Shown: one piece after another, positions 48,338 to 58,391 of the stretch | How the letters are laid out: each line of letters begins with the position of its first letter | Numbering within the stretch: position 1 is the first letter of the stretch | DNA from: a virus | Taxonomy: Duplodnaviria > Caudoviricetes | Strand: one strand, 5' to 3' | IMG/VR virus record: IMGVR_UViG_2595698952_000001 | Span: 64,001 to 128,000 of that record | Length of the DNA stretch: 64,000 nucleotides | Program-made: the position numbers and the translations under genes | The notes under the pieces: generated by a model | Told to the model about the DNA's origin: nothing | Seen by the model: only the letters and a program-made list of their open reading frames with translations | The model's database searches: none

Positions 48338-48637
48338 ATGAAAATCAAATTACTGACTCGTGAACTCGGCACCAAAGTTGATCTGGAAATCTATTTGACT
48401 CCGGCCAAGCTGGACGAGAACAAGAAACCGACCACGGTAGGTAAAATCCTCAGCATCACGTCGTTGCCGTCAGGTAAGCGCGTTGTTGAGATTGAAATCG
48501 ATGACCGGAACAAAAACCGTTTCAAAGATGTCAAGAACCCGAATCCTAAAGATTTGGACGAGGTTACCGACTGGGTAGAAACTTACTTTGAAGTCTGGCA
48601 CAAACGTCGTCTGCTTCTTTCGACTAAAAAACGCTAA
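48338..48637 (+). CDS. Hypothetical protein
   Basis: TAAGG RBS. Confidence 0.7.
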   Translation: MKIKLLTRELGTKVDLEIYLTPAKLDENKKPTTVGKILSITSLPSGKRVVEIEIDDRNKNRFKDVKNPNPKDLDEVTDWVETYFEVWHKRRLLLSTKKR

Positions 48638-48652
48638 TTGACGGAGCGCTAA

Positions 48653-50137
48653 ATGGCAGGTCCAGCTAAACAAGTCATGGGTGAAGTGATTCGCCCTCGT
48701 TTTAACGTCTATACCATCATGGACCACGCTCTCGGTAACTACGAGAAGGGGGAAGATGGTTTATACTACCTCAACGGTGGTTTTGCCCACATCATGGGTT
48801 TCGCAGGTCGTGGTAATACCTTTAAGTCCACACTGATGGACTTTTGTATCTTCATGATTCTGCAACGTTACGCGGCTGCCTGGGGGTCGAAGTATGACAC
48901 CGAAGTTACAGCTGCTTTGAACCGACTCGAAACTGGATTTATCTCTGCCGCGAAAGCGAACGGGATTGAAGGTGGCAGTGTGTTGGATATGATCCATGAA
49001 GGCAAGTACAATATGGTCGGCTCTGACATCATGCCGGGTGAAGAATATTACTCTTCTTACATTCGTGACGAAATTGAAAACCGTTTCAAAGAGTACATGA
49101 AAGGTAAGACGCGTGAGACGCCGTTCCTCGATCCTGTTCGTCGCGCTGCCAAGCGTCTCCTCGATCCGTGGTTGTACTCGATTGACTCCCTGTCTGAGTG
49201 GCACTCGTCGAAGATTGAAGACAAGCACGCTGAAACCAACGTCGGTGACTCCGAGCAGAACGCCTTAAACATGCGTGACTCGCTGGAGAAATCCAACATG
49301 ATGAGTCGTTGGCCGTCTGCCTTTGCTCGTGGTGGTTTCTACATGGGCTTCGTGGCACAGCTGGCGGACGATTCTGGTAAAGCAATGTCGAGCGGTGGGC
49401 GTGGTGCTAAACCTGCTAACGCCAAACTGCTGGATGATGCAGGCGACGATCTGAAGTTTGCGGGTATCCCTCGTCGTCAGCTGTCGTTCCTGACCAACTC
49501 CCTGCTGGTTGCGACCAAGTCCGGTGAGCTGAAACACGACGGCAGCTACAACGCCAAGACCGGTGTGAACGAAGAGAAATACCCAACTGCACGTTCGAAG
49601 GCAATGAATGCTTCCGTGAACGATTTGAAAGAAATCGTCTTCACGCAGTACCGTGCAAAGGGTGGTCACACTGGCGTTAAATTCCGTATGGTGTTCTCGC
49701 AAGAGATGGGTCTGCTGTATCACCTCTCTCTGTGGCATTACCTGGCGGAAGTGTTGAAAGACGAATGGGGTTATACCCGCAGCGGTGCAAACTATGAACT
49801 GCACCTCCTGCCGGGGACAAAGTTCATGCGTACCACCGTGCGTGATATGTGTGACGACGATCAACGTCTGCGCCGTGCACTGGAAATCACCGCAGCACTG
49901 GCGTACATGCAGAACAACTACCACCGTCTGGAAATGAAGTACCACATCACACCGGAACAGCTGTGGAAGCTTATCGATGAGAAGTGGGACTGGAACGAGA
50001 TTCTGGACAACACGGTTGAATACTGGATGTTCAAAGACCAGGAAGTCAAAGGGGGCAAACGTTGCTTGACCGCAATGTCGCTGCTGGCGATGGCAGTTGA
50101 TGGTCTGGAACCGAAGTTCTTAACCAAAAAGAAATAA
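48653..50137 (+). CDS. uvsX: UvsX/RecA-like recombinase (phiKZ-type)
   Basis: Walker A GRGNTFKST, YDTE, Walker B-like IDSLS, AQL. Confidence 0.8.
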   Translation: MAGPAKQVMGEVIRPRFNVYTIMDHALGNYEKGEDGLYYLNGGFAHIMGFAGRGNTFKSTLMDFCIFMILQRYAAAWGSKYDTEVTAALNRLETGFISAAKANGIEGGSVLDMIHEGKYNMVGSDIMPGEEYYSSYIRDEIENRFKEYMKGKTRETPFLDPVRRAAKRLLDPWLYSIDSLSEWHSSKIEDKHAETNVGDSEQNALNMRDSLEKSNMMSRWPSAFARGGFYMGFVAQLADDSGKAMSSGGRGAKPANAKLLDDAGDDLKFAGIPRRQLSFLTNSLLVATKSGELKHDGSYNAKTGVNEEKYPTARSKAMNASVNDLKEIVFTQYRAKGGHTGVKFRMVFSQEMGLLYHLSLWHYLAEVLKDEWGYTRSGANYELHLLPGTKFMRTTVRDMCDDDQRLRRALEITAALAYMQNNYHRLEMKYHITPEQLWKLIDEKWDWNEILDNTVEYWMFKDQEVKGGKRCLTAMSLLAMAVDGLEPKFLTKKK

Positions 50138-50143
50138 TGGCCT

Positions 50144-50166
50144 GGGCGGGGAAACCCGCCCTTTTT
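50144..50166 (+). terminator. Intrinsic terminator
   Basis: GGGCGGG-GAAA-CCCGCCC followed by TTTTT. Confidence 0.85.
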
Positions 50167-50180
50167 ATTGTTGAGGAACG

Positions 50181-50468
50181 ATGATGCGTTATCAGAAAGA
50201 TATTATCGAGCGTCTTTCTCAGGGGCTGGCCGGTGTCGACCAGAACCTTAGCGCTCAATTCAGTAATGCGTTCTCGGCAAGTCGTCCTGATTTGAAAACC
50301 TTCTGCAACGAGGTTAATGAGCATTATGCAAATTTGCTCTCACCTGCCAGTAGCAGTAAAGTGATTCAAATCGGCGTACCCGAACGAGAGAGCGCGATAC
50401 CATTCTGGATTGACGACCTGGAAGCCGCGGCACTACCCACGCTCCGCAAAGCGAGGACGGTACAATGA
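50181..50468 (+). CDS. Hypothetical protein
   Basis: GAGG RBS; coupled to the RNAP fragment gene. Confidence 0.65.
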   Translation: MMRYQKDIIERLSQGLAGVDQNLSAQFSNAFSASRPDLKTFCNEVNEHYANLLSPASSSKVIQIGVPERESAIPFWIDDLEAAALPTLRKARTVQ

Positions 50469-51133
50469 GACTAGACCCAGCACGACGTAAGAAGGCAGAA
50501 GCTTACGCACTTCAAGTCCTCCAGTTGGTCGACCCAACGGGGATTAACGCAGAGGCCGCTAAACGCGCTTTTGCACGCATGAACGATGACGAGTTCAATC
50601 GTTTGCGCGACGGATTACCTATCTACAATCCGACTGCTGGGAAAGTACGCATTGACCACCTTCGTAACATCAAAATCTGTTCTGCAATGGGCGTCAGCCT
50701 GGAGCAGCGACTATGGTTAACTGAATCGAAGACCGGTATCCTTCAACGCACCCGCTATCCACACCTTGTCCTACGCCTCCCTGCTCGCCGTCAAACGCAG
50801 ATGCAGGAAAAGAAAATGGCCGTAGCGAAGAACGACCGTGTCCGTGACAAACTCTCCGGGCAAGTCGTTGGGCCATCGAAAGCCTCAGGGGTATCCTTCC
50901 CAGAAGGGTATATCATGTACTCTGACGGTCACGACTGGTCCCTTAAAGAATTCCTGTGGGCGCGTGGTGGTAATGATGTCCTCCAACGCGCGTTCTATCA
51001 GTCGATCCGTAATACGGGTCAGGGGCGTATTGATTTAGAAGGGGCTGAGCGTACGAGTTCGAAAGCAACCCGTACCTGGTCATCGTATTTCAAAGCCATG
51101 CACATTGGCAACAACATAGGTCGACCGGAATGA
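50465..51133 (+). CDS. Virion RNA polymerase beta-subunit C-terminal fragment (phiKZ gp149-like)
   Basis: RRQTQMQEKK...RDKLSGQVVGPSKASGVSFPE aligns by eye with the beta C-terminal region. Confidence 0.7.
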   Translation: MRLDPARRKKAEAYALQVLQLVDPTGINAEAAKRAFARMNDDEFNRLRDGLPIYNPTAGKVRIDHLRNIKICSAMGVSLEQRLWLTESKTGILQRTRYPHLVLRLPARRQTQMQEKKMAVAKNDRVRDKLSGQVVGPSKASGVSFPEGYIMYSDGHDWSLKEFLWARGGNDVLQRAFYQSIRNTGQGRIDLEGAERTSSKATRTWSSYFKAMHIGNNIGRPE

Positions 51134-51861
51134 GATTATCCCGACGCTTCTTAGTGGATATTGATGCTTTGTTCGATACGCGTATCGGCTGGCTCAGAAC
51201 CATTAAGCCCGAGGCCATGGAAAAGCTCGACTTGGAGGTTTATCGCCGTCGAATCACTGACACTTGGGCAGATGTCGTCGGGATAAACAACTGGGCAGAG
51301 ACTTACGCACAGCGAGATAAAAGGGCGCTGATGAACTCCGAACCAACGGAGTTACTGATGACGCTTAAAAATGAGTTTCAGGCAATGCTGATGGAAATTG
51401 AGATGCATTCGCCAATTGAACGTCCGTCGGTTACGATCAATCTTTGGCCGTATACGGATTTGACGAGTAGTGAAGTGCAGGACTTTTTGAATATGTTCCG
51501 CTATCACTTTAGTGAAGTGAGGGCTGAGGTGGTGCATTGGTCTCACAAAGACCTGACACCAGGGAGGTTGGCTGCGGCGTGGGATGGGTGGATAATGTAC
51601 GACTGGTATCCGTGGATTAAGCTACAGGCCACGAAACTGGCAAAACGGATTCCTGAGTTTACGATTACCCGTCCTAGTCTGCTGACGCCGGAGTTGACGT
51701 CAGAGACTATTGAGTACATGCAACGCGATGGGGTGAACCCGTTCAAGGAACACACCCGTTTCATGGCAGAGTACGTGACGGTCGACTGCAAAGATGCCGG
51801 ACTGTTTAGTCTTCGGCGTCCTCCGAAGTCTGCTTCGCCCGAGAATACGCCGAAGCCATGA
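51130..51861 (+). CDS. Conserved jumbo-phage protein with HAD-like N-terminal DxD motif
   Basis: FLVDIDALFDTR. Confidence 0.55.
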   Translation: MRLSRRFLVDIDALFDTRIGWLRTIKPEAMEKLDLEVYRRRITDTWADVVGINNWAETYAQRDKRALMNSEPTELLMTLKNEFQAMLMEIEMHSPIERPSVTINLWPYTDLTSSEVQDFLNMFRYHFSEVRAEVVHWSHKDLTPGRLAAAWDGWIMYDWYPWIKLQATKLAKRIPEFTITRPSLLTPELTSETIEYMQRDGVNPFKEHTRFMAEYVTVDCKDAGLFSLRRPPKSASPENTPKP

Positions 51862-52276
51862 TGTTACCCACATCAATGGCGTCGCCAACAGGAGCCAACT
51901 GTCCCGGATTCATCTCGACGTCGTCGATTTGAGGAAGGGGTGGTTGGTACCCTGTATTTTCACTCGGTGGGGCGTCGTGACGTTTGATACCGACACCGGC
52001 ACGTTGCATCAGGAAGCCATTAAGGGCGTTGGCCACATCTTGTGTTGCCTCTGCACCTTTCTCAGCTGCCTTAATCTTACGCTTCGACATAATCTGTTTG
52101 TCGACGCTGTTAAGGAGACGATCGATACGGTCAACGGCCTTGAGGTCAGTATGGACTTTGGGTTCAGCAGCCATATCGTTGGCGAGACGAATACGGAGTT
52201 GTTGCGTCTCGCGGAGAAGTAAATCTTCGTCATCCACATTCCCGTCGAAGGCTTGGTATTTCACTTCTTCGCTCAT
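51806..52276 (-). CDS. Hypothetical protein
   Basis: GAGG RBS; convergent overlap with the previous gene. Confidence 0.7.
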   Translation of the reverse strand: MSEEVKYQAFDGNVDDEDLLLRETQQLRIRLANDMAAEPKVHTDLKAVDRIDRLLNSVDKQIMSKRKIKAAEKGAEATQDVANALNGFLMQRAGVGIKRHDAPPSENTGYQPPLPQIDDVEMNPGQLAPVGDAIDVGNIMASAYSRAKQTSEDAED

Positions 52277-52302
52277 GTTAAAACCTCTTCTTAAAAAGAA
52301 CT

Positions 52303-52316
52303 CAGACAGATATTAT
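52303..52316 (+). promoter_or_regulatory. Putative early promoter (CAGACAGATATTAT)
   Basis: Recurrent motif in a divergent intergenic region. Confidence 0.45.
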
Positions 52317-52352
52317 CTAACTGAGACAATCTCTCACTTTAGGATTAAGCTT

Positions 52353-52877
52353 ATGTTTAATTGGCTCAACACACGTTTAAAGCGATACGCCGTAAAGCAG
52401 CGTAGAAGCTTTCTGGAGGCGGAGTTCCATAAGAATACCCGTAACCCTTTTCATCGGGTTATCGTAGGCTTAGAACTGCTTACAGAGCCTCTGGAATATA
52501 ATGGTGAGCAGTACAAGTCATTATCCGTTCGTGGGAAGTTGGAGCTGCGGGTAGCGAACTTTGATATTCTCTACGAACGACTGGAGTTTTACATCCGTGA
52601 GTACACCCGAGTAGCCAACGGGAGTTCTCAGACGTGGTTAGCGTTACCGGATGAGTTGGACAAGAAAAAGGACGAACCTACGCTCCGTTGGATTGACCAA
52701 TACTTCTCTACCACTAACCCGGAAGTAGTACGTGACAAACTGCGTAAAGCGTTTGCCTTGATTGATGTTTATCGTCCGGCTTTCACTGAACGCGATACGG
52801 CTGAACAAGATGCGCTGGCAAACATGACAGCTCACATCTTTCGCGAGTTAGAAACCGTAGTGGAACACTACCTCTAA
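52353..52877 (+). CDS. Hypothetical protein
   Basis: Start moved to ATG 52353 (AGGA RBS). Confidence 0.7.
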   Translation: MFNWLNTRLKRYAVKQRRSFLEAEFHKNTRNPFHRVIVGLELLTEPLEYNGEQYKSLSVRGKLELRVANFDILYERLEFYIREYTRVANGSSQTWLALPDELDKKKDEPTLRWIDQYFSTTNPEVVRDKLRKAFALIDVYRPAFTERDTAEQDALANMTAHIFRELETVVEHYL

Positions 52878-52907
52878 CTTTATCCGCTCCTTGTAACAAG
52901 GTGGTTT

Positions 52908-53732
52908 ATGGATAACAAAAACGATATCATTAAGGATCAGATCCATCACGGATCTCCCCAAGATGATCCCGCGGGTAAACCGCTACAGGATGCCTACTGG
53001 AGACTGTGGAAACAGCAAAAGTATACCCGTGAGCAATGGACAACCTTGCTTGGCGAGTATGTCAGGAATCCTAATTACGCGACCAAATCCAAAGCAACTG
53101 ACAAAGACCGTGTCCAACGGTTAACGACAGCGCTGACGGGTGGGAACAGTCGCAACATCAAAGTCGACCTTACCTGGCGACGGTTCATTGAAGGTTTGGT
53201 GGTCATGAAAGTCGATGTGCTCACTGTCACTGTGCAAGCAGTGAAAGGGAACTACGGCGACACGAAAGAGGTGAAGACCTCGACACGACCCAAAGAAGAC
53301 CTTCTGAAAACGTTAAACGGGGAAGACCGGGAGAAGCCACGATTGAGTGCAACAGAGGAATTGAATATCCTCTTTACCAATCAGCGTGGCACTGCTGGTC
53401 AGATGGAACACATCCTGGGCAGGTTACTCTGGCTGTTATTTGCCGAGTATCGGATTGACTCTGACTTTTGGGGACGTTTGTCTACCAACTATGTCAACAA
53501 CCCGAACAACTGTCCCGCGATTGCTTCGCGACGTAATGACATGCGGCACAACATGCAGCAGAACATGCGGATGCGCAAGAAGCTTTCGTGGAAGCGTTTC
53601 TTGATGGTGCTCAAAGCCGTCGACATTCGCCAGCTGGAATGTAGTTTCACCATTACGAAGGAGAACTCCAACTTCGTTTATGAGTCGACGATTGTCATCG
53701 ACCTCACGAAACTGAACTTCTGGAGACCGTGA
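52908..53732 (+). CDS. Hypothetical protein with duplicated domain
   Basis: W..L...YV.NP and L[TS]W[RK]RF motifs each occur twice. Confidence 0.75.
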   Translation: MDNKNDIIKDQIHHGSPQDDPAGKPLQDAYWRLWKQQKYTREQWTTLLGEYVRNPNYATKSKATDKDRVQRLTTALTGGNSRNIKVDLTWRRFIEGLVVMKVDVLTVTVQAVKGNYGDTKEVKTSTRPKEDLLKTLNGEDREKPRLSATEELNILFTNQRGTAGQMEHILGRLLWLLFAEYRIDSDFWGRLSTNYVNNPNNCPAIASRRNDMRHNMQQNMRMRKKLSWKRFLMVLKAVDIRQLECSFTITKENSNFVYESTIVIDLTKLNFWRP

Positions 53733-55045
53733 TGAAACTGAATAACATTGACGGCATCACTAGCCAAATCGGTAACAAGGTGAACGGTGTCCAGTCAGCG
53801 GTTGGCAATACGGTGCAACGCGGTACGGATGCAGTAAACCGCGTACAGTCTACGGTGGACAATGTCGGGAAGGGTATCGAGTCAGCTCAAAACCTGTACC
53901 AGAACACGTTCGATAAGGCGGGGGAAACCTACGATAAGGTCGTGAACGGTGCAGGGTCGCTGAAAGAAAAACTCGGTAACCTCTTTGGCGGCAGTGACAC
54001 TTCTTCGGTAGGTGGAACCAAAGCAGCCGGGTCTGCGCCCTCAGGGGCCTCACCCGGTCAGAAGATGCCCACGTTTGCCACGGATACGAAAGCTGCGCTG
54101 CCGGTACTCGATCCGCAAAAGCGTGATGTGTCAGAACCGTTTAAGCCGGTCAACAAAGCGGGCCTGTCGGCACTCAGCTACCTCAGTCCCGGTGGGGCAG
54201 GGAGTCTGTTGTCTAAAGGTTGGTCTACCTTAACGAACCTGCGCGACCAAGCGCTGAGTGCGGTAGGGACTGATTACGCTTCGGTGAAGAATCGTCTGGA
54301 ACAAACCATGAACATTGCCGGGCAACTGGCAAAGCTTCCGGGTGAGGTTCAGCGAGAAATCAGTGGCTACGTCAACGAGTTTAACTCGGCGAAATACCAA
54401 GTCACCGCCATGGTGGACGATGTAACCCACACCTTTGATTCGTTCAAAGACCTGGGGGACTACCTGGCGATTGATAACGTGTTGCAAAGTTTTGGGGTAG
54501 GGAGCAGCAGCAATGGTTACAGCAACTCTTTCTCAAACCTGGACATCAATACGTCGTCGGCACTGATTTACGGTATCTCGACCAAGCTCAACACTTACGG
54601 CTTACCTGCGAAGATTGACCCAATGGTACAGGCCATCACTGACCCGGTTGCGCAAGAAGCGTTGTACGGTGAATTGATGGTGCAAGCCTCCGCCACGGGG
54701 AACTTGGATTCGGTAGAGTATTACCTGCCGAAACTGAAACCGGGCCAGGGGCAGCAGTTGGCAGAGGATGTCATTAAGAACCTCATGGCCAATCTGCGGG
54801 TTGAACCGGGTATTGGGTTCCGCAGTTACGGTGTGCGTTTGTTGGCGTTGTTCGAAGCGTTAGACCCGAATTGGGACAAGTCCAAGATCAATCCGGGAAT
54901 GACCGAACTGCGTCTGTACACTTACGCAGGCTCTAATGCGATTCAGGCATTGCTGACCACTGACCGCCGCATCTATGTGATTGCCGGGGGTAGCGTGCAG
55001 TATCAAACTGCTGACTCTCTGGTGAATGCGTATTTCGCCGTCTAA
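53729..55045 (+). CDS. Putative virion structural protein
   Basis: 438 aa; N-terminus with about 11-residue amphipathic repeats; GGAG RBS. Confidence 0.55.
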   Translation: MMKLNNIDGITSQIGNKVNGVQSAVGNTVQRGTDAVNRVQSTVDNVGKGIESAQNLYQNTFDKAGETYDKVVNGAGSLKEKLGNLFGGSDTSSVGGTKAAGSAPSGASPGQKMPTFATDTKAALPVLDPQKRDVSEPFKPVNKAGLSALSYLSPGGAGSLLSKGWSTLTNLRDQALSAVGTDYASVKNRLEQTMNIAGQLAKLPGEVQREISGYVNEFNSAKYQVTAMVDDVTHTFDSFKDLGDYLAIDNVLQSFGVGSSSNGYSNSFSNLDINTSSALIYGISTKLNTYGLPAKIDPMVQAITDPVAQEALYGELMVQASATGNLDSVEYYLPKLKPGQGQQLAEDVIKNLMANLRVEPGIGFRSYGVRLLALFEALDPNWDKSKINPGMTELRLYTYAGSNAIQALLTTDRRIYVIAGGSVQYQTADSLVNAYFAV

Positions 55046-55057
55046 CAGGTACCGTTT

Positions 55058-55936
55058 ATGACCAATGATGATAATCCTATTTTGCGTGCCACGCTTGAAA
55101 CTGTACGCAAAGCAGATGTGGGTGTTAACAATGTAGCGGCAATGTTCGGCTTCTCCTTAGACGGGGTAGTGTCGAAGATTGCGCCAGTGAACCACATCGC
55201 GCTCTCGCCGGATGAGAAGGATGTGTTTATTCGCTACCTTCGCAGTCTCGGCTATCGTTGTCACCTGAAAGACTTTATCCCGTCTACGGATGGGTTGAAC
55301 CACTATAACATCTATTCCCAGGCCAGAACGCAGCTGGGTAAGATGGCGAGTAACTTTTACTCGCAACCGGAAGGGAAATACTTCGATACCACCGATGGCC
55401 GGTTTTTGACGTTAGAAGGGTACTATCATTACCTGCGCATCCTGGACTACGCGCTTCACACTTATTGCCGTGACGTTGAACCCACGAAGTTGTTGGATCG
55501 CAACGACATGGCACGGGTAGCGATGCAGGAAATGCTCAGGAAGTACCCGGACATCCGCAAACTGGCGAAGTACGAGGGTGCCGATTGTATCCGTATCGGT
55601 CGTAACCTGAAAGCAGCCATCTATGGTGGGACAGATTACCGTCCTGGCGCATTCAGTCCCCTGTCAGCTTACCGTTTTATGACAGCAATGGTATTTAAGT
55701 TGCACACTTTAACTATTGATGGCGTGAGTATCGGTAATATCCTGTCTGCGCAGGTTACACATGGCATTCCACTTCTTCACTATTACGTGATGAATGGTCG
55801 CCAGATAACCCCGCCGCATTCGGATTGGTTGCCAGGTGTGGTCGAACAAATTGTGCAGTGCATTGATCCGTACGGCACAACGTTCAACCCCTACGCCGTT
55901 ATCAGCCAGATAGGGAACGACGATGGGTCTCTTTGA
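55058..55936 (+). CDS. NADAR-like domain protein
   Basis: NIYSQARTQLGKMASNF...DGRFLTLEGYYH resembles the NADAR SNF...dg..f.svEhyy pattern. Confidence 0.5.
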   Translation: MTNDDNPILRATLETVRKADVGVNNVAAMFGFSLDGVVSKIAPVNHIALSPDEKDVFIRYLRSLGYRCHLKDFIPSTDGLNHYNIYSQARTQLGKMASNFYSQPEGKYFDTTDGRFLTLEGYYHYLRILDYALHTYCRDVEPTKLLDRNDMARVAMQEMLRKYPDIRKLAKYEGADCIRIGRNLKAAIYGGTDYRPGAFSPLSAYRFMTAMVFKLHTLTIDGVSIGNILSAQVTHGIPLLHYYVMNGRQITPPHSDWLPGVVEQIVQCIDPYGTTFNPYAVISQIGNDDGSL

Positions 55937-56582
55937 CACCTTAGCGAAACTCGATCAGCAGCAAGAAGCCGACGTCTTAAAAGTCGCCGGTGAATCGGTG
56001 CGGGTCGAGACCGAAAAAGAATACGTGATGTGGGTGAAGCCAACCGAAGAAGGCTGGGCGTGGTTATTCGAGCAGCAAGCACAGGTCTACATGGATGTGC
56101 TGATGCCGATTGCTCGTGGGCGGCGACGGGTACGTTTGCATAGTGGCGGTAAAGCCGAACTCACTGTGAAACGTATGGCGGGTGAAGGCAAGATTGAGGA
56201 GAACTCAGACATTGGGTTCGGTGCAGGCTTGTCATTCTACGAAGACGGTCACTTAGCGCACTTGGTTCGCCGTATCCACATGGATGCCGGGGAGCTGAAA
56301 GCGCAAGGGGCTAAGCACTGGGACATCGACCTGTTCTACACCGTCACGGGTCACCCGGTGCTGGAAACCCAGGAAGACTTTGACGCACTGGTCGCTGACT
56401 TGCAAACCGCAACGTCATTCGGTCGCTGGGTGAAGGTGGAACTGGAAGTCGAACGTTTTGAAATCAACACGATTAAAGACGTTATCCCGTTCGGTGTGGC
56501 AGAAGCGATTCCTGGTGGGCCGAAAGACCCCGAGACACAGGAAATGCTTCGTCACTACTGGGACAATGAAACCCGTATCTAA
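55923..56582 (+). CDS. CYTH/triphosphate-tunnel-like protein
   Basis: ETEKEY, RRVRL, LTVK, EEN, WDIDLF, VELEV. Confidence 0.55.
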   Translation: MGLFDTLAKLDQQQEADVLKVAGESVRVETEKEYVMWVKPTEEGWAWLFEQQAQVYMDVLMPIARGRRRVRLHSGGKAELTVKRMAGEGKIEENSDIGFGAGLSFYEDGHLAHLVRRIHMDAGELKAQGAKHWDIDLFYTVTGHPVLETQEDFDALVADLQTATSFGRWVKVELEVERFEINTIKDVIPFGVAEAIPGGPKDPETQEMLRHYWDNETRI

Positions 56583-56587
56583 GTGGT

Positions 56588-56621
56588 TCCCTCTCCTTCG
56601 GGGGAGGGCTACTTTATTTTT
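56588..56621 (+). terminator. Intrinsic terminator
   Basis: CCCTCTCC-TTCG-GGGGAGGG plus T-rich tract. Confidence 0.7.
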
Positions 56622-56639
56622 ATCCTAAAGGAGTACAAG

Positions 56640-57017
56640 ATGGTTGTCGGACACTTTTTTAATCGCCACGGTTTAGTGTTTGTATCGGGTATCGCTGTAG
56701 AAGGTCGTCGTGTTCACACCATGAACCTGACGGACGAAGAGAAAGCGCATTGGGTAGAGGTGTTAGCGCCGTTCAAAGACAAGAAGCTGGCGCTGGGTCA
56801 ACGCATCACCTACGGTTCCAGTCCACGGGTGGCATTCCACGGCCACAATGACGAAGGAGGTCAGGATGACTTAGCCATTATGGCCGGGGAAGAGGGTCGA
56901 CGGTTGTCAGAGGTGCTGCTACAGTTTAAACCACCGATGTGCAACGGGCCATACATTAACCTCGAAGGACATCCAGACGCTGCCAGCATCGCTCACCAGG
57001 TGATGGTACTTCTATAA
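56640..57017 (+). CDS. Hypothetical protein
   Basis: ATG 56640 with AAGGAG RBS. Confidence 0.7.
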   Translation: MVVGHFFNRHGLVFVSGIAVEGRRVHTMNLTDEEKAHWVEVLAPFKDKKLALGQRITYGSSPRVAFHGHNDEGGQDDLAIMAGEEGRRLSEVLLQFKPPMCNGPYINLEGHPDAASIAHQVMVLL

Positions 57018-57064
57018 TTTACAAAAGCGGGTGTAGTTATGTAAACACCCGCAAGGATACCCGA

Positions 57065-57493
57065 ATGATGAATAAGATTGCTTTTGAGAAAGGCACTGGC
57101 CTGATTGTTAATGAAGTCATTATCCCGAATACGGACAACGCTGCCTGGGAACACCTGGCGCTGCGTTTAAACGGTAAGAAGGTCTCTGTTACCTTAACCA
57201 ACGAACTCGCACTCAACGGCAATCTGGCTAACGCTGGGCCGGAGTTTGCGGCGTTCAACGTACCCCATTCGACCGGCGTTTGTTTTTTGAAGAACGCGTA
57301 CTTCGCAAGTCGCGTTTACAGCTGGAAGCTTCTGGCTGAACTGAACAAATCCGTTGGCCTGAACGCGAAGCAGGGTGTGCCGAACGACCACATTGCTAAC
57401 CACGGTATCGTTATCGTGGTCTCTCGCGTTGCCGGTGAAGAACTGGCCTTCTCTTTCTGTTACGCGTACGGAGCACAGGATGCAGCTGCCTAA
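57065..57493 (+). CDS. Hypothetical protein
   Basis: AAGGA RBS. Confidence 0.7.
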   Translation: MMNKIAFEKGTGLIVNEVIIPNTDNAAWEHLALRLNGKKVSVTLTNELALNGNLANAGPEFAAFNVPHSTGVCFLKNAYFASRVYSWKLLAELNKSVGLNAKQGVPNDHIANHGIVIVVSRVAGEELAFSFCYAYGAQDAAA

Positions 57494-58391
57494 TGCCGAG
57501 ATTCAAATCCACGCCGTAGACAGCTGGTATACCGACACAAAGGTGTACCAGTTCGGCAGCTACGAACAACAGCGTAGCAAACTGTATCGTTGCCTCGGTG
57601 AAATTGCCGAGGGGGTACAGAAAGACGATACCTTAAAAGTGGCAGCCGGTATCGGTCGGGTGCTGTGGACGTTCATCGGCCTTGTGCATTTCTCCAAGCA
57701 AGCTCACGATGTTCCCCTGCACAGCCAACTCGACCACTATATTCAGTTGAAGCTGAAAGCCACCAACAAACACGCCCAGCTTCATGCGCTGATGCACAAC
57801 ACCCTGGATCTGGTCTGGCAGACACCCGAAGACGGTGACTTCTGTTTGCACAGTTTCCTGAAAGCGTTTGGTGATTTCATGATGGGACTGAATACGTTGT
57901 GTAAAGCCACAGGGCTAGAGTTTGACCGGGTGGTGTACAACGGCCATTACGCACTCATTCGCACTCAGGGTGAGATGAACGAGCTGGGGATGTTTATTCC
58001 TGCGCCAGGCGATCTGGATGGTGATGTAATGGGCCAACCTCTGGTTAATGAGAAACTTCCTTCTGGTCAGCTCACCCACTTTTATATCGAAAGTGGGCTG
58101 AACGCCGCGGCTGCTAAAGCGTTCGTGCCGTACGTTCACACCCCGTTTGCTTCTCACAAGGTCGATGAGGTCAGTGATAAACTGGCGGAGGCATTGGAAG
58201 AACTGTTGGAGCGGCACATCTACAGTGATGATAAATGGCGACATCTGACTTTCGAGCGGACGCCAAAGATTAACATCATGTACGAAAACGGCACCGTGAC
58301 AGCCACGTACAACGATGACCTCAAGTTTATCATGAATACCCTAAAACAGGATAATTTGCACCATGAAACAATATCTGGACTTACTGCGTGA
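57480..58391 (+). CDS. Degenerate MazG-like protein
   Basis: W......G....Q..KL...GE...G..K....GIG pattern, with acidic catalytic residues replaced. Confidence 0.5.
   Translation: MQLPNAEIQIHAVDSWYTDTKVYQFGSYEQQRSKLYRCLGEIAEGVQKDDTLKVAAGIGRVLWTFIGLVHFSKQAHDVPLHSQLDHYIQLKLKATNKHAQLHALMHNTLDLVWQTPEDGDFCLHSFLKAFGDFMMGLNTLCKATGLEFDRVVYNGHYALIRTQGEMNELGMFIPAPGDLDGDVMGQPLVNEKLPSGQLTHFYIESGLNAAAAKAFVPYVHTPFASHKVDEVSDKLAEALEELLERHIYSDDKWRHLTFERTPKINIMYENGTVTATYNDDLKFIMNTLKQDNLHHETISGLTA

Noticed and set aside
51984-52352. N-terminal extension of the 297-aa ORF
   Set aside because: Overlaps the minus-strand gene 51806-52276; the RBS and promoter motif support a start at 52353.
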